The notes beneath the pieces were generated by a model that ran no database searches, was not told the DNA's origin, and saw only the letters and a program-made list of their open reading frames with translations. Of a DNA stretch of 64,000 bases, positions 13,231-27,700 are shown piece after piece; the first letter of the stretch is position 1, and each line of letters opens with the position of its first letter. Source of the stretch: Octopus vulgaris (taxonomy: Eukaryota). The position numbers and the translations under genes are program-made. The stretch spans positions 2,790,001 through 2,854,000 of the forward strand of contig OX597828.1 in assembly GCA_951406725.2 (NCBI GenBank), read 5' to 3'.

Positions 13231-13534
13231 AGACTGTAGTTGCCACTGTACTACTGAAGAACAAATGCATTCCCCACTAAGAGTGGTATTTTATTAAATT
13301 CCAATAAAAACGTTTTGGTTCTTTCCCTTGTGTGTGTGTGTGTCTTTTTGAACAGTAGTTTAGATTATAATTATTCTCTATCACTTAAGGTGGCATTTTA
13401 ATGAAGTAATATCTCTTGATTACTACATCAAATATGTGAGTGTTTTCATTACTCTTAAGTTTTCATACGGTTGATACTCATTCAGTTATTTAACGTTAAT
13501 TTTCCCATGCTACCATGGGTTACACAGGATATTA

Positions 13535-14000
13535 CAGTGATACCTTGAGTACAAGTTTAATTCTTCCATGACGGCGCTTGTCTTATGATTTACTCATTTT
13601 ACAAATCAATTTTCCCCATGGAAATTCACTAAAATGTAATTAATCTGTTCCAGGCCCCAAAAACCACTCAAAAATAATTTTTTATGAGTTTTAAAACAGG
13701 AAGGGTGTAGTTACAAGCAAAATAACAATTCATAAAAAAGAGAATGCAAAAGAAATCTGTAAACTGGTTTTATTAACAGAATGAGGTGCAAGTATGGCTA
13801 AGAAGAGTTTTGGAGTCTTGCATGAAATATATTCAGTCCTATCCTGAATACCAGTACTTAAGCATGACAAAAGATAGTAAATGATAAGAAAGATAAAACT
13901 GTTTTAACTGTAATGTTTTATTTATAAAAGTAAAGTTATTTCAGTATTGTAAGTCATCTATATTAATGTAGGTATTATAAGTATCGGTCTGCTTTGACAG
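13535..14000. mobile_element. Tigger/pogo-like non-autonomous DNA transposon end
   Basis: TA|cagtgataccttgagt...aattttccccatggaaat...aattaatctgttccaggccc resembles Tigger-type termini; far boundary unclear. Confidence 0.55.
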
Positions 14001-14204
14001 TTGGCTTGTGTCTGGTTTCTATCCTGTTCCACTCTGACTATTAGTTGACTGACTTTACACTTTGTAAAGGCCAGGCAAATGTTAAAAGACTAAAATTATC
14101 TTATTATTATCTGGATCACAAAAAAAACATAATGAAAATACAAATCTAAAAATCTGTTCTAGTTAGAAACATAACAATAAAATATAGGATTATCTGATTC
14201 TATA

Positions 14205-14400
14205 TCGTTGTCATCATCATTACCATTATCATCATCATCATTATCACCACCACCACCATAATCATCATCATCATCTTCATTACCATCGTTACAATTATCA
14301 TCAGCATCATCCTTGTTGCCGTCATCATCATCCTTATCATTGTCATTGTTATCATCGCCATCATCATCATCATCATAATCTAATGGCATAGATTATCATC
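14205..14400. repeat. Degenerate (CAT)n microsatellite
   Basis: Imperfect tcatca repeats; source of the poly-D ORF at 14159-14389. Confidence 0.9.
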
Positions 14401-14519
14401 AGTCAGCTCATGGATGCATGACACTATTCTGTAAGAATTGACAGAGTTTAGCCACTAAAATGGAACGAAGCAACATATCAAAAATGTATATTTTATAACC
14501 AAAATCATTTTATCCTTGA

Positions 14520-14732
14520 ATCTTTTGCTTGTTTCAATCATTTTGACAGCGGCCATACTGGGGCACCACCTTGAGAGGTTTTTTAGTTGAACAAATCAAC
14601 CTCAGGGCTTATTTTTTAAGCCTAGTACTTATCCTAGCTGCCTCTTTTGCCAAACTGCTCGGTTACAGGGATGTAAATGCACCAACACCAATTGTCAATC
14701 AGTGACGAACACAGTCATAAACACACACACAC

Positions 14733-14786
<54 letters not shown>

Positions 14787-14965
14787 ACATGATGGGATGC
14801 ATATTTGTAACTATTGCATGAAGCCCAAACAAGGAGACATGAGAACTTTCATGCACATATATACACATGACAGACTTTTTTCAGTTACTCCCTGTCGAAT
14901 CCACTCAAGTCTTTGGTTGGCCCAGGGTTGTAGTAGAAGAAACTTGTCCAAGCCCTGCGCAATGT
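14520..14965 (-). mobile_element. SINE family A
   Basis: Reverse complement of family A tail and body with an expanded internal (TA)n. Confidence 0.8.
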
Positions 14966-14974
14966 GATAGGTGA

Positions 14975-15170
14975 AGGTCAACAATTTCAGGGGAGGGTGC
15001 TATTTGATTACATCAGCCCCAGTGTTCAACTGGTACTTTTTTTATTAACCTTGAAAGGATGAAAAGCAAAGTCAATCTTGGTGGCATTTGAACTCAGAAT
15101 ATAATGTTAGGAGAAATGCTGCTAAGCATTTTTTCTGGCACAGTAATGATTCTGCAAGCTCAGCACCTTG
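14975..15170 (-). mobile_element. SINE family B
   Basis: ctggtact...aaaggatgaaaagcaaagtcaa...tttgaactcagaa. Confidence 0.8.
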
Positions 15171-17020
15171 ACACCCAAGCAAAAATATTGAAAAATAATG
15201 ATGAAAATGCATATGTAATTTTTAAAAGAATTTTTTTTTATTTACAACCAGTTTCATAATTTCTTGATTTTCAAATTTGTTTGTAAAGTAAATGAAGAAA
15301 TACAAAATGGAGATTTTATAGTTATGTGACAACCATTGGTGAATGTATCATTTTAACTGGTTGTTTTAAATGTGTCTTTTTCAAAGTGGTTGCCCATGAA
15401 TTGATACATTCACCAGTTGTTGTAAGATGTTAAACAGTAAGTCACCATCTTATCTTTCTTCTTGCAACTTGGAATAAATGATTTACTATTTAGTTCATTT
15501 ATTTTTAGTCCCTTTTGAAATCATGAAAGTGTGAAATTAGTTGGGTTGATAATTGTGAATAAAAAAAATGATTCATATAAATCTATTTTTCTATTTAGCT
15601 ATCTACCTGTTTATCTATCATCTATCTATCTATCTATACACACACACATACACACACAGGTGTGTGTGTGTGTGTGTGTGTGTGTAAAACATATTTTTTT
15701 CTTGCTGTGTACAAATTTTAGGCATTCAAGCAACACTCACACAACATTTACACCCTACTTATAAAGAAAGCCAAACAATGCACAAACATACAGTAATCAC
15801 CGGTATGAACCATAATGGTGTACAAATAATAGAGTAGAGCCATCATGCAATATACCGACCCTACCTAAACCCTCAATCTCTCAACATCTGGAATACAACA
15901 AATCCAAAACAGTGTACTTCATCATTATAATCGTTATCATCATCATCATCAACGACAATATTATTTATCATCCTCATTGTCAATTTCGATGTTGTTTCAT
16001 ATCTTTTTAATCAAAATACGAAATATGTAAAAAGCAATTTCTGAGAATTGAGAATGACAGATATGATAGGTGTGGTTATATAATGAGAACTGCACACTGG
16101 TAAAACTTGATTAATTGTAAACTTTTTTCTAAGCAAACTGTGAATACTTCATGTTTATTTAAAAACAGGTGTATACAGTATATTACATTGAACAGAACAA
16201 AGAAACAAAAAAAAATTTTCTGAGGTAGAAATAGTGAATCAGAAACAAGACACAGCTCCAGATTTAATATCTTTACTCAGCACAGAACACTAACAAAAGA
16301 ATTTGTCACTGATATGGTGTTCATTTAATATCGTACATGTACTATGTGACTTAGAGGACTTGTTCAAGCTACAATGACTGTGGAGCTATCAAACTTTTAT
16401 CTCATAATCCAACATTATCCAATAAGACAGCTGCAAATCTGAATTGTATCTATTGATCATGCCCTCTTGTGTTTGTTTCCTTTATTCATCAAAATATTTT
16501 GCCAGTGTCCACAGTGTGGGTTTTCTTTTTGATTTTATCATTATGTACCCTATGTATTGTGGGTGCAGTATGGTCAAATGGTTAAGAAGTTTACTCTGCA
16601 GCCACAAAGGCTTAGGTTCAATTCCAGTGTATGGCAGTGTGGGCAAATGTCAACCTTGGGTTGACCTATGCCTTGTGATTAAAATTGAGTAGATGGAAAC
16701 TATATAGAAGCCCATCAGGTGAATTGGATGTGTAATTCAAAGAGTACAGCCTCGTCACACACTGTGATGCTCGGTCATTGAGAGGTTAATTCAGCAAGTT
16801 GTATTTAGTTGATGGAATGACTGAATTTTTCTTGTCAAACAGAGATCCACCGTGTGTACTGTGTGAATTCCATGAAGCTGTGGTATATAATGTGCAGATT
16901 AGTTACTATAAAGCAAGAGTTACCCTACCAGAATGTTATACAATTTAAACAATCTGTCTTTTAATAAAGAAGCTAGGCCCACTTTTACATTATTTTCAGT
17001 ACAACCCTTGTGTGTACACA

Positions 17021-17061
<41 letters not shown>

Positions 17062-17643
17062 TTGTGTGTGTGTGTATGTGAAGGTGTATGCATGCATCTG
17101 CACATGCACTTAAGTGTTTCTGCCTCTCTGTGCTTTGTCACTGCTTTAAGAAAATGATAACAGTAATTTGCACTCTTTGTAAATAATATATGTCACAGTT
17201 TGAATGCTTCATTCTGTGTGAAACTAATGAAATAAAAATACATTTCAGGAAAAACAAAAACAAGGAGAGCATCTAATAATGACAAGGGTAGTGGTTTGTT
17301 TCAGTTATTTTGATCATTTAGCTTTGCGCACTGGTACCAGGCTGGAGCACTTCCTCCAAGAGTTTAGCTGGTTGTATCAACTCTAGTACTGAGAACCTAT
17401 TATTTATTTTATTGATTTTAGAGGGGTGAAAGGCAAAGTTCTCCTAGGTGACATTTGAACTCATGCAGCTTATAACCCCAGAGTATTTGACTCTCTGCCC
17501 TCTATTGCTCATACAATAGATTGTTCTGCCATCTATTGCTGTTGCTTAATAATCCCTAGTCAACCTTGAAGTAATAGACATAAGACCAGACAGCAGCCAG
17601 CTAAGTATCAAGTTAAATACAAGCTAAGACCTTTATATATATT

Positions 17644-17962
17644 TGTGGCTGTGTGGTAAGAAGCTTACTTACCAATCAGATGGCTCTATAGTCTTGTGAG
17701 TGGATTTGGTAGGTGGAAACTGAAAGAAGCCCATCATATGTGTGTGTTTGTATCTGTGTTTGTCCCTCACCACTGCTTGACTATCAGTGTTGGTGTTTTT
17801 GTGTTCCTGTAACTTAGCAACTCAGCAAAAAAGAATAATGAAATAAGAACCAGGCTTTAAACAAAAAGTACTGGGACCAATTCATTTTATTAAAAAATTC
17901 TTCATGGTGGTGCCCCAGCATGGCCACAGTCTAATGACTGAAACAAATAAAAGACAAAGATA
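17644..17962 (+). mobile_element. SINE family A
   Basis: Colinear with family A, with an internal deletion. Confidence 0.85.
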
Positions 17963-19022
17963 AATCCAGCAACATATATTTTTGCATAGCATTCCATAGA
18001 ATGGCATACAGTGTATTTGTTTAGACATTGTTCCTTTTAGTTTACTGTCAAATTTGTCTGAAATTTTTGAGACTTGATTAATGTTTGGTGTTGCTTGATT
18101 CCTTCTGATTTAACAGTTTGGATCTGAAGAGAAAATTGATGAGGTGGTTAATTCACTCCATAATGGATAAATACCTAACTGAGCAGACTTATTACACTGT
18201 GTAACATCATTTTTGTCCTTGGGTAGCAATTGTTGTTTCCGATTTGCTAGGAAAGTGTTGACTAATGTTTCCTTCGAACTTTGCTTTTGTTTATTCAAAC
18301 CCCAAAGAATCTCTCTCAACACATGGCCAGAATGCTCTCTCATTCCTCCTGCTCAGAGATGCACATATTATCAGCTGCTTAGGGGCATGGTCAAGTGGTT
18401 ATAGTCAGGCAAATGGCAAGCAAATCTGAAGCATTGAGCAGAATATTTGTTATAACAACATTTCTGCTTCAGCAACTTGGTGTTGAATCTGTCTGAAATG
18501 TAATGTAAAAGAGGTCAATTCCAAAACATTGATGTCCAGGTCACAAAAGGAATAGTAGCCATTTCTTTTGATTTCTAGATTGAAGCAAGTAGGAAATAAC
18601 ATTCACTGACCAAAGACAGAAAAAAGACAGTGTTATCAGTGGCATTCTGGCTGTGATCATGTTGCCTGGGGCTAAATAGTCTAATGTGTCCTTCCATTTT
18701 TTTCTGCTAATAGGTGTGATTTGAAGAAGACTTTTCTGCTATTTCTAATAGCTTGAACTCCTATGAAGACTCAATGTATGCATTTATCAACAATGAAGTC
18801 AATGTCATCTCTTCACAAACACCAGTTCTAATGCTACATTCTCATTTGCTTTGAAAGGTGTATTCCAAATAAATACAATCTCATTTCTACCATTTCTCCC
18901 TATCCCCACTAAAATATGAATTTGCTCTTTTCACAACAATCTCTGCTATATTTAATTCAACAGAAAACCTTTATGCTAATATTACCGTGTGTCTTGTTGC
19001 TTTATACATATCTATATCTATA

Positions 19023-19069
<47 letters not shown>

Positions 19070-19659
19070 GTGAGAGAGAGAGAGAGATGATCTTTTAGTG
19101 TTTACAATAGAGCTGGAAATGTCAGCAGTGACTATTATAAATATAGACACAAACTTCCAATTTTATTTTTGTTATTTCAGTGGGTTACCCTGCCCTTACA
19201 CATATATATTCAGCAAGGTTTTTTCAAATGTGTATATATTTTGTATAGATGTGTAATGCAATAAGTATTTTATATTTGGTATGTATACATTGTATATATT
19301 ACATGGGACATCATAGTTTTCATTATATACTTGGACTCTGTACATCTCTTTCTTCTTCATTTTGTGTTTTCCACTTAGCTCACCTTTTGTAAACGTTTTA
19401 CATAACTAATTCTTCATAACATTTTTTTGCAATATGTAAAAATATCTGACAACTTACCATTGCAGACTTTGTATTATTGATGAGGTAAAATAATATTAAG
19501 GCACGTCTGTAGCGACCACATTTCTGCTAAGCATGAAAATGAAATTATTTGTGAAATCTGTCCTTGATTTCTTGAAATTATCTTCCCTTTTCTTTGAGAG
19601 TCACTAACAACTAGTACTAAGTGTTTGGTTTCTTTATCCTACCAAGAACTACATTTCCA

Positions 19660-20030
19660 AGTTTGGCTGTGTGGTAAGAAGTGTGCTTCCCAATCTCATG
19701 GCTCTGGTTCAGTCCCACCGCATGGCACCTTGGTTAAGTGTCTTCTATTATAGCCTTGGGCTGACCAAGGCCTTGTACATGGACTTCGTAGATGGAAACT
19801 GTAAGAAGACCATCATGTGTGTGTGTTTTTCCCCCACCCCACAGCTTGACAACCAATGTTGGTTTGTTTATGTCCCTATAACTTGGCAGTTCAGCACAAG
19901 AGACCAATAGAATCAGCACCAGATTTTAAAAAGAGTAAGTACTGTGGTTGATTTGTTCAACTGAACCCTTCGAGATGGTGCTCCAGCATGGCTGCAGTTC
20001 AATGGCTGAGACAAGCAAAAGATAAAAGAC
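19660..20030 (+). mobile_element. SINE family A (plus head-only copy at 20178-20279)
   Basis: Colinear with family A. Confidence 0.85.
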
Positions 20031-20494
20031 AAACAAAAAAAGATGTCATGCAGTACATCGCCACCCACATGAATTACCTAAATTCCTGCCAATGAACTAC
20101 TTCAGTTATTTCCCTTTTCCCCACCCACCCACACCCACAAGATGTTTGTATGACACTGGTGAGACATACAACTTCCACAGGTGCAGGAGTGGCTGTGTGG
20201 TAAGTAGCTTGTTTACCAACCACATGGCTCCGGGTTCAATCCCACTGCGTGGCACCTTGGGCAAGTGTCTTCTACTATAAAATGAAAATTAGTTGTAATT
20301 TAAGAAAATTTTTTTTAATTTATTAAAATACCGTACCAATTTCATACTGGTTCATAGATATACTCCTAAAATCCATTTTAAAATATATACTGAGTATAAG
20401 AGATGACTTAGTTTTTCTAAGCCATCTCCAAAATAAACCATTAGACACACTATTTGTCTCTTTTGATATAGTAAATGGAACAGAAGCCATACGA

Positions 20495-20640
20495 TTCATC
20501 ATCATCATCATCATTTAATGACCTCCTTCCATGCTGGCATGGGTTGGACAGTTTGACAGGAGCTGCACCAAACTTCTGTGTCTGTTTTGGCATCGTTTTT
20601 ATGGCTGGATGCCCTTCTTAACACCAACCACCCCACAGAG
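20495..20640 (-). mobile_element. SINE-like family C
   Basis: catcatcatttaatgacctccttccatgctggcatgggttggac...ggctggatgcccttc. Confidence 0.75.
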
Positions 20641-20659
20641 TAATTGAAAAATTTTCTGA

Positions 20660-21240
20660 CAGGAAAAATTTCTGAACAACCTACCTGAAAAAATTGAGAA
20701 AAGCTCTATCATTGAAAAATTAAAGTTCATCCTGCAAAATACTTCTTTAATTTCAATATCTATGGACAAATATCTAGGACTGTGATGGGTATGAAAGTAG
20801 CCCCTACATATGCTAATCTTGTCATAGTATACTTAGAAGTCTAAATATATGAATACATACGATTAAGATTTGGCAGTAATCTCCATAAATACCTATTTGC
20901 CAACTGGAAATGCTATCTGGATGATTATTTTAGTCTGTAGACACAGTGTGGATCAACTCTATGGGTTTAGAATTCTAGTTAATAACAAACCACAGTATTC
21001 AATTCACAGTGGAATATGGTGAAAAGAAAGTAATGTTTTGGGATACTTTAATCATGCAAAGAGATATAAACATTGAACTGACAACTAGTTCAAACCAACA
21101 GACTCAAAACAATGTTTGTTATTTTCTTCTTGCCCTCCAAATAATGTGAAATAAATATACCTTTTAACCTGGTAAGAAGAATTTGCACAATTGTATCCAG
21201 TCCAAAGCTTTCAGAAAAAATACTTGTTTTTTAACAAACA
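20660..21240 (+). pseudogene. Penelope-like element reverse transcriptase remnant
   Basis: Decayed peptides TVMGMKVAPTYANLVIVYLEV, WKCYLDDYF, SIQFTVEY, FKPTDSKQCLLFSSCPP, NIPFNLVRRICTIVS match PLE RT motifs and thumb region. Confidence 0.9.
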
Positions 21241-21580
21241 TCCCAAATTCTAACATTTCCCTTTAAATCAATGTATCAAGAACACTCAGTGTGCATTTGC
21301 AGTTTTTTGTAATATGTGTAGAAGTGTGAAAGTGTAGTGGCCTGTGATAGTGAGGGTGTGGTTGGTTGTTTGATGTAATCATATTGTTTGTGAAGAATGC
21401 ATGTGAAAAGGTGGTAGTGGGTTTAGTGGGAGGTAAAAGGAAAGGCAAGAAGAATGTGGCGGGTGCGGTAGATATGTGTGCAAGGTATGGATGTGAGATG
21501 TTGTTGGTAGCAAAGTAAGAGGAGAAAGACAAATAGCAATAAAACATTAGTGCAAAAAACTTTTTTTAATTCTGTATTTA

Positions 21581-21772
21581 TAGGCATAGGAGTGGCTGTG
21601 TGGTATAGGCGTAGGAGTGGCTGTGTGGTAAGTAGCTTGCTTACGAACATCATGGTTCCAGATTCAGTCCCACTGCAAGGCACCTTGGGCAAGTGTCTTC
21701 TACTATAGCCTCGGGCTGACCAAAGCCTTGTGAGTGGATTTGGTAGACGGAAACTGAAAGAAACCCATCGTA

Positions 21773-21843
<71 letters not shown>

Positions 21844-22054
21844 GTGTATTTGTTTGTGTTTGTCTCCCCAACATTGCTTGACAACCAATACTGTTGTGTT
21901 TACATCCCCGGAACTTAGCGGTTCAGCAAAAGAGACTGATAGAATAAGTACTAGGCTTACAAAGAATAAGTCCTGGAGTCTATTTGCTTGATTAAAGGCA
22001 GTGCTCCAGCATGGCCACAGTCAAATTACTGAAACAAGTAAAAGAGTAAAAGAA
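21581..22054 (+). mobile_element. SINE family A, full length, with a tandemly duplicated 25-bp head
   Basis: taggc(a/g)taggagtggctgtgtggta twice, then a canonical body. Confidence 0.9.
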
Positions 22055-22237
22055 TATGAGTGAAGAAAATTTGTGAGGCACGTGCAGGGGCAAGATGGAG
22101 GTGATAGAGGTGTGTTGATGTCAGAATGTAAAGCATAGCATCGAAAAGCAGAAGGGAGAAAAGTGTGAAAATGGAGGTGATATCCTTATGCTCAATTAGT
22201 GATGCAAGTTGTGAAGATCCCCTATGCTTATGAGAGT

Positions 22238-22950
22238 ATATATATATATATAAAACTCAACTTGTGTGTCTGTGTGTGTATCTCTGTGTGTGTCTGTGTG
22301 TTTAACTTCCCGGCACATCTCCTCCTAGCCAACAAATCGTAGAACCACCAAAAATAGGTCACTTAAAGTTTAGGCGAATGAAAATTGGACTGCGCTATTT
22401 CTGTTCCAAAATTCATCTCGCAAGTGCAAAAATCGATAATGTGTTTGTTTAGGCCTTATCCCATGCATTGAATAGTGAACTTTACTCAGTCAGCTGTTTG
22501 ACGTGAACTGTGCAAGCATGCATAAATTGCGTGAAAAATAAAAAATCAAGATATAAAAATGAATCGCTGTAAACATTGTAGAAATTCGGCAAAGAAATGA
22601 ATTTTCGGAATGTAGCCTGGAGGGTTTTTCCGTATTAATCGTTTGGACTTTGTGAACACATACCAATTGTTTTCATAACATTTTTAATGCTTTGAATTAA
22701 ATGTGACCATTTTGTGTTGAGTCTGCAGTTTGAATCACTTTAACCAAATTTTAGCAGGACGGATTTTTGATCATTAGGATACATCGCCAGCGACTCCCTG
22801 AAACTCTCCCCTGAAATCCCCGTTCAGAAATCTATATATATAAAACTCAACTTGTGTGTCTGTGTGTGTATCTGTGTGTGTGTGTCTGCGTGTTTAACTT
22901 TTAGATCTACCAAGTTTCTTTATTAAGAATGGAAAGTAGTGTGTAGCAAA
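22238..22950 (+). mobile_element. Two stacked Helitron-like 5' segments
   Basis: (tc)tatatatataaaactcaacttgtgtgtctgtgtgtgtatc at ~22240 and 22831, lacking their own 3' CTAG ends. Confidence 0.6.
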
Positions 22951-23338
22951 TCTATATATATAAAGCTGAAGTTGTCTGTGTGTGGCAGGTTTGGTAGCCT
23001 TCAACTAACACTATCTCCTTCGAGACCCTGCAGCGCAAGTTGACCAAAATTGAGAGTATGATAGAAGAAGGCTTGCTCTTCATTCTGTAGAAGATAAAAT
23101 TCAAATCGGACTATGTTAACACCAAAAATTATTTACATCAAAAAGGTGCTTTTTTTCTATGAAAATCCCTATTTTTTATGATTTTTGACTGCTGTGTCAC
23201 CATTTCTCAGTGTATTTCAACTGGAAAATGTTCACTTGAAGAGAATAACATGTTGCATAATGCAAAATTTTTACTTTTCAAAAATTCCAATTCTAAAGGG
23301 TCGAAACAAACCCAAGCAACACCGGGTGATACTGCTAG
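22951..23338 (+). mobile_element. Non-autonomous Helitron
   Basis: A|TCtatatatataaag 5' end; subterminal hairpin acccaagcaacaccgggt; 3' CTAG|T; no TSD. Confidence 0.85.
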
Positions 23339-24147
23339 TATATAAATAAAATGAAGAACTGAGAATTGAGTGGTCTGCTCAAAAACACAGCATTGTACCA
23401 AGACTCATTGCCATCACCATTAAAAGACCCAATTCTGTGGATTATTGAATGGAAGCCTCACAACTGTTTGTAAACTAGGAATTGATAGTTTGGATTAGTT
23501 TATAGCTAAGTTAGCAGCTAACTTCCATTATTAAGTACCTGACAAGTGATTGCATATTTAGCAAATGGTTTAGTAATTAACCAGTGAAATTGGTTTATGC
23601 TAAAAGGTAAAAGTATAGTAATTATTTTTATAAGTGTAATTGTACTAAGTATTTTGAAGGGAATCTGAGTAGTTAACTCCATAACTTAGGTCCTCGTAAA
23701 AACAGTAGTAAACATTTCTGGTACTTTCAAGAAAGCAAGGAAACTCTCATAATCTTATCAACTCATAAATCCAAGTTAGAAGCCCTCCATATGAATCTAT
23801 TCAGTAAAGTGCTATGAAACAGTGGTGGTAGATAGTGATAAGAGAAGTGGCAATATAATTAGTGCTAGAATAGTGGTAAGAGTAATTATAGAGTATTGGT
23901 ATGAGCAGTAATGATAGGAGCATGTAACTCTGCTTTGTCCTACTATTTACGTAACTCACCTTGGAAAAGCAAACAAAATCAACTTCATTTCATCACATTA
24001 CTAAATAACAAATAGTGATTGTTGTTGCTTAGTCTAGGGCTTGCCCTGATCCACTGGACCTATAGTGAAAGGGGTTCCAGCTATAACTATTTTGTCTTTC
24101 TTCTTTTTTTTTTCAGGTATAATGTATTAAGGCTTCATTATTTTAGG

Positions 24148-24365
24148 GCAGTGTATTGGCTGAATAGTGAGAGCATTGGACCCAATACCTAGTGGTAGTT
24201 CATTATAGTTCTTTACATTCTGAGTTCAAATCCCACTGAGATCAACTTTGCCTTTCATCCCTTCAGGGTCAATAAAATAAAGTACAATTTAGTACAGGGC
24301 TCAATGTAATTGATCCCACCCACCCACCCACCATCATCTCAAAATTTGCTGGTCTTATATAAATT
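24148..24365 (+). mobile_element. SINE family B nested in repeat family E
   Basis: ttctgagttcaaatccc...actttgcctttcatcccttcaggggtcaataaaataaagtac. Confidence 0.75.
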
Positions 24366-25629
24366 AAAAACGCCATATGATCTTCCCATTTAAGATAGCA
24401 TAATGTGATATGGAGGAAACTTGTTTGTTATTTTTAGCAGACTGAGTGACCATGTAGAGGCTTCCTTTTGACTTGTTCTTATTGTTGCTAATGTTGTTTT
24501 CAACCAACTATCATTTAACAAGTTACTTTATAGGTAAGTAGGTTACACTGACTAGATTAAGAATGTTTCTGAAATATTATTATTTTAAGTAAATCATTCA
24601 ATGTTTTCATGGTTGTCTGCATGAGTCAACATCTGTATAGAATTGTGCGTGTTATATTTGGGTCACTTGATTTAAAGAACAGAAGTATTCTCTCAAATCA
24701 TCAGAATAAAAATGAGGAAAAAATACATTAACAAAATGTAGAAAATAAAGCTAGCTGTTAGATGTTTATACATGAGATTACATTATGTATAATTAGAAGA
24801 AGATAAGAAAGAAAGCCTTCTACATTGGCAAAACTACATGTAAATGGTACAGGTTAACAAAGAAGCTCATACCTGATTGCTTTATTTACAATGAAATAGC
24901 AGCCAAATCTTCTTCAAATAATGCAATAATTGACAGCCAGTGTTGGTATGTTTACATCCCTGTAACTTAGCAGAATATGTACCAAGCTTAAAAATAAGTC
25001 CTGGGATCAATTTGCTTGACTAAAATTCTTTAAGGCAGTGCTCCAGCATGGCTGCAGACTAATGACTGAAACAAGTAAATGAGTAAAAGAGAGACCACAG
25101 AGGATCTGATTTAAGATAGTTGTCCTGTAAAATACCTCGTCTTTGTTTGTTTTTCTGTTTTTCGTATTTAAGTATAATGTAACTTACTTCAAATTTTGAT
25201 TCTGATGTATTGTTTTAAGTTTCTCACAAATGCAGTATGTTGTTGATTCTATTAAATAATTTTAAGAATTAATCATTCAGTATTATTAAGCTTCAATACA
25301 TCTGGAGATGAGCATTATGAAGAGTATGTTTGATCATATTTTTCAACTGCGGCATCACAGTTACCTTGTTGCATATTGATCATAATTTCCTTGATCAATA
25401 ATAACAGTGATTTCGTATTTATTGTATCGATATTCAAACCCATAATAGGCTTTTGACATTATTAAGGTGAAAATAAATACTTAAATATTATTAATGGATG
25501 TTAACTAGGCAAGTCTAGAAATGAAGATGACTTCACTGAAAAATAGCAATATTAAAGAACTGGAGAAAAAGTTTGATGGTATGTAAAAGAACATGTATAA
25601 TTCACTTTATAAATCAGCTGAGACATCCT

Positions 25630-25915
25630 AGTTTTGCAAGCTTGTGGGTGCTGGTACCACATAAATGCACTCATGCTGGTGCCACATTGAAGCAACCATG
25701 CAGGTTCCACGTAAAAGTGTCAGTGCCACATAAAAATCACCCAGTACACTCTGTAAAGTGGTTGGTGTTAGGAATGGCATCCAGCCATACAAACCATGCC
25801 AAAACAGACAAAATGGAGCCCGGGAAGCCCTTCAGCTGCCCAGCTGCTGCCAAACCATCCAATCCATACCAGCATGGAGATGGGATGTTAAATGACGACA
25901 ACAAACAATGACAAT
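25630..25915 (+). mobile_element. SINE-like family C
   Basis: Repeated gtgctggtgccacataaa subunits, ggttggtgttaggaatggcatccagcc, tail ccataccagcatgg...gttaaatgacgac. Confidence 0.8.
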
Positions 25916-26894
25916 GAAAAAGAAGAAATCAGGTCTTTTTTCAAATCAATCTCTAGTCATTCAGTACACAGTTTACTAGTTAAAATCCTTTTACCCTTCA
26001 GCATACTAAGAATACTTGTAAAACACTGATATCAATCCAATCAATAATATCCTTCCAACTGTAAAATATGTCTTTTGTTTATATATACACATTAAACTTA
26101 GCTTATACATCGTTTCACACAAAAGTAGGCTAGTATATTGACTTTATATCAATTAACATTTCAGTTATTTTAATTTGTATATTATGTCATCTAAATACTC
26201 TTGCCATGTCACTGCTGACATAAATGTCATAGGTTTACCATATCTGGTCTAGGGACCAGAGTATGGAAATATTGGGGCTATAATATTGTTGATAGGATGC
26301 TCCTAGACTCTTGAGTGACTGCCAACCATAGTAAACCAACACCAACAACACTATTATCACAAATAGTAAGGGAGCTTCTTCAGGGTCACTTGACATCTGA
26401 GAAATAGTGACCTAAATCTCCCTCAAATCAAATCTTATCATCTCCAATAAGAAAAGAACATATTGAATAACATAGACTAAAATACCACAAAAAAAAAGAC
26501 AGGACAGCCATGGCTGGGAAGCTTTTGATCATGAGACTTAAATTCAGAGTTGACCTGAAGTTAAATAGCACCACCATTGCCTACCATCACAAGTACTAAC
26601 AGGTCAACACTACCAGCAAGAACATCATTATCCCAACTCCACTGCCACCATCACTACTATTACTGCACCACCACCGACAACAATAGCAAATTTATCATCG
26701 CATCTAAAAGTGCCACCATTTTAATGCTGTTACTATCCATAATAATAACTACAATACTGATGCAGTGCTTCTTAAAAGCTGATGGAGATGTGAGATGCTT
26801 TTTTTTTAAAGCTAATGGAATTGGTTTCTTGTGTCTGCTTCCATTTATATCTCTTTCTACTGCCCAAGATTCTGTTGTAACTCTGTTTTCTATT

Positions 26895-26912
26895 TACTTA
26901 TTATTATCATCA

Positions 26913-26970
<58 letters not shown>

Positions 26971-27022
26971 CATCATCATCATCATCATCATTATTATTAT
27001 TATTATTGTTATTATTATTATT

Positions 27023-27105
<83 letters not shown>

Positions 27106-27115
27106 TATCATTATT
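26895..27115. repeat. Compound (ATT)n/(ATC)n microsatellite
   Basis: Direct runs; source of the poly-L/S/I/M ORFs. Confidence 0.95.
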
Positions 27116-27700
27116 TCTTCATCTTGTAATTCCTGGTTTTCTGATTTTATTGAACAAAAATCTTACTACAATAGGATTTTGTTAGGTCACATATTCAACA
27201 CATCAATGTCCAACTACCTTGTCCATATATATATCAATCAATATATAAGAGTAAGATCCAGGGATCCAAATGTAGGAAATTTGTAAGCTTCAAGCAGTCA
27301 TGGATGGACACATATATATATATATATATACATATAGATGGATGGATGGATGGATGGATGGACGGCTGGAACATGGCCTTAAAGGCTTTTAGTCGAAGAA
27401 ATTGACCCCAGGACTTATTCTTTGTAAGCCTAATACTTATCCTATCACTCTTTTTTGCCAAACTGCTAAGTTACAGGGACGTAAACACACCAGCATCGAT
27501 TGTCAAGTGATAGTGAGGGGACAAACACAGACACAAAGACACACGAACATAAATATATACATATATATGTATAATAATAGAAAAATTATACAAATATGTA
27601 TAATTAGATTAAAAGTTGAGTAGAGCACTGGCCTGGTTTAGGCTGCCTCTCGTCATCCATAGATTTACTTCAGGAATTTCATAGTGGCAGTTAGGGTAAC

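Noticed and set aside
14159-14389. Acidic poly-D ORF
   Set aside because: Degenerate (CAT)n repeat with no splice or start context
26577-27286. Longest ORFs (202 aa, 151 aa) and similar poly-L/I/N/YI/CV ORFs across the window
   Set aside because: Translations of microsatellites with no coding signature
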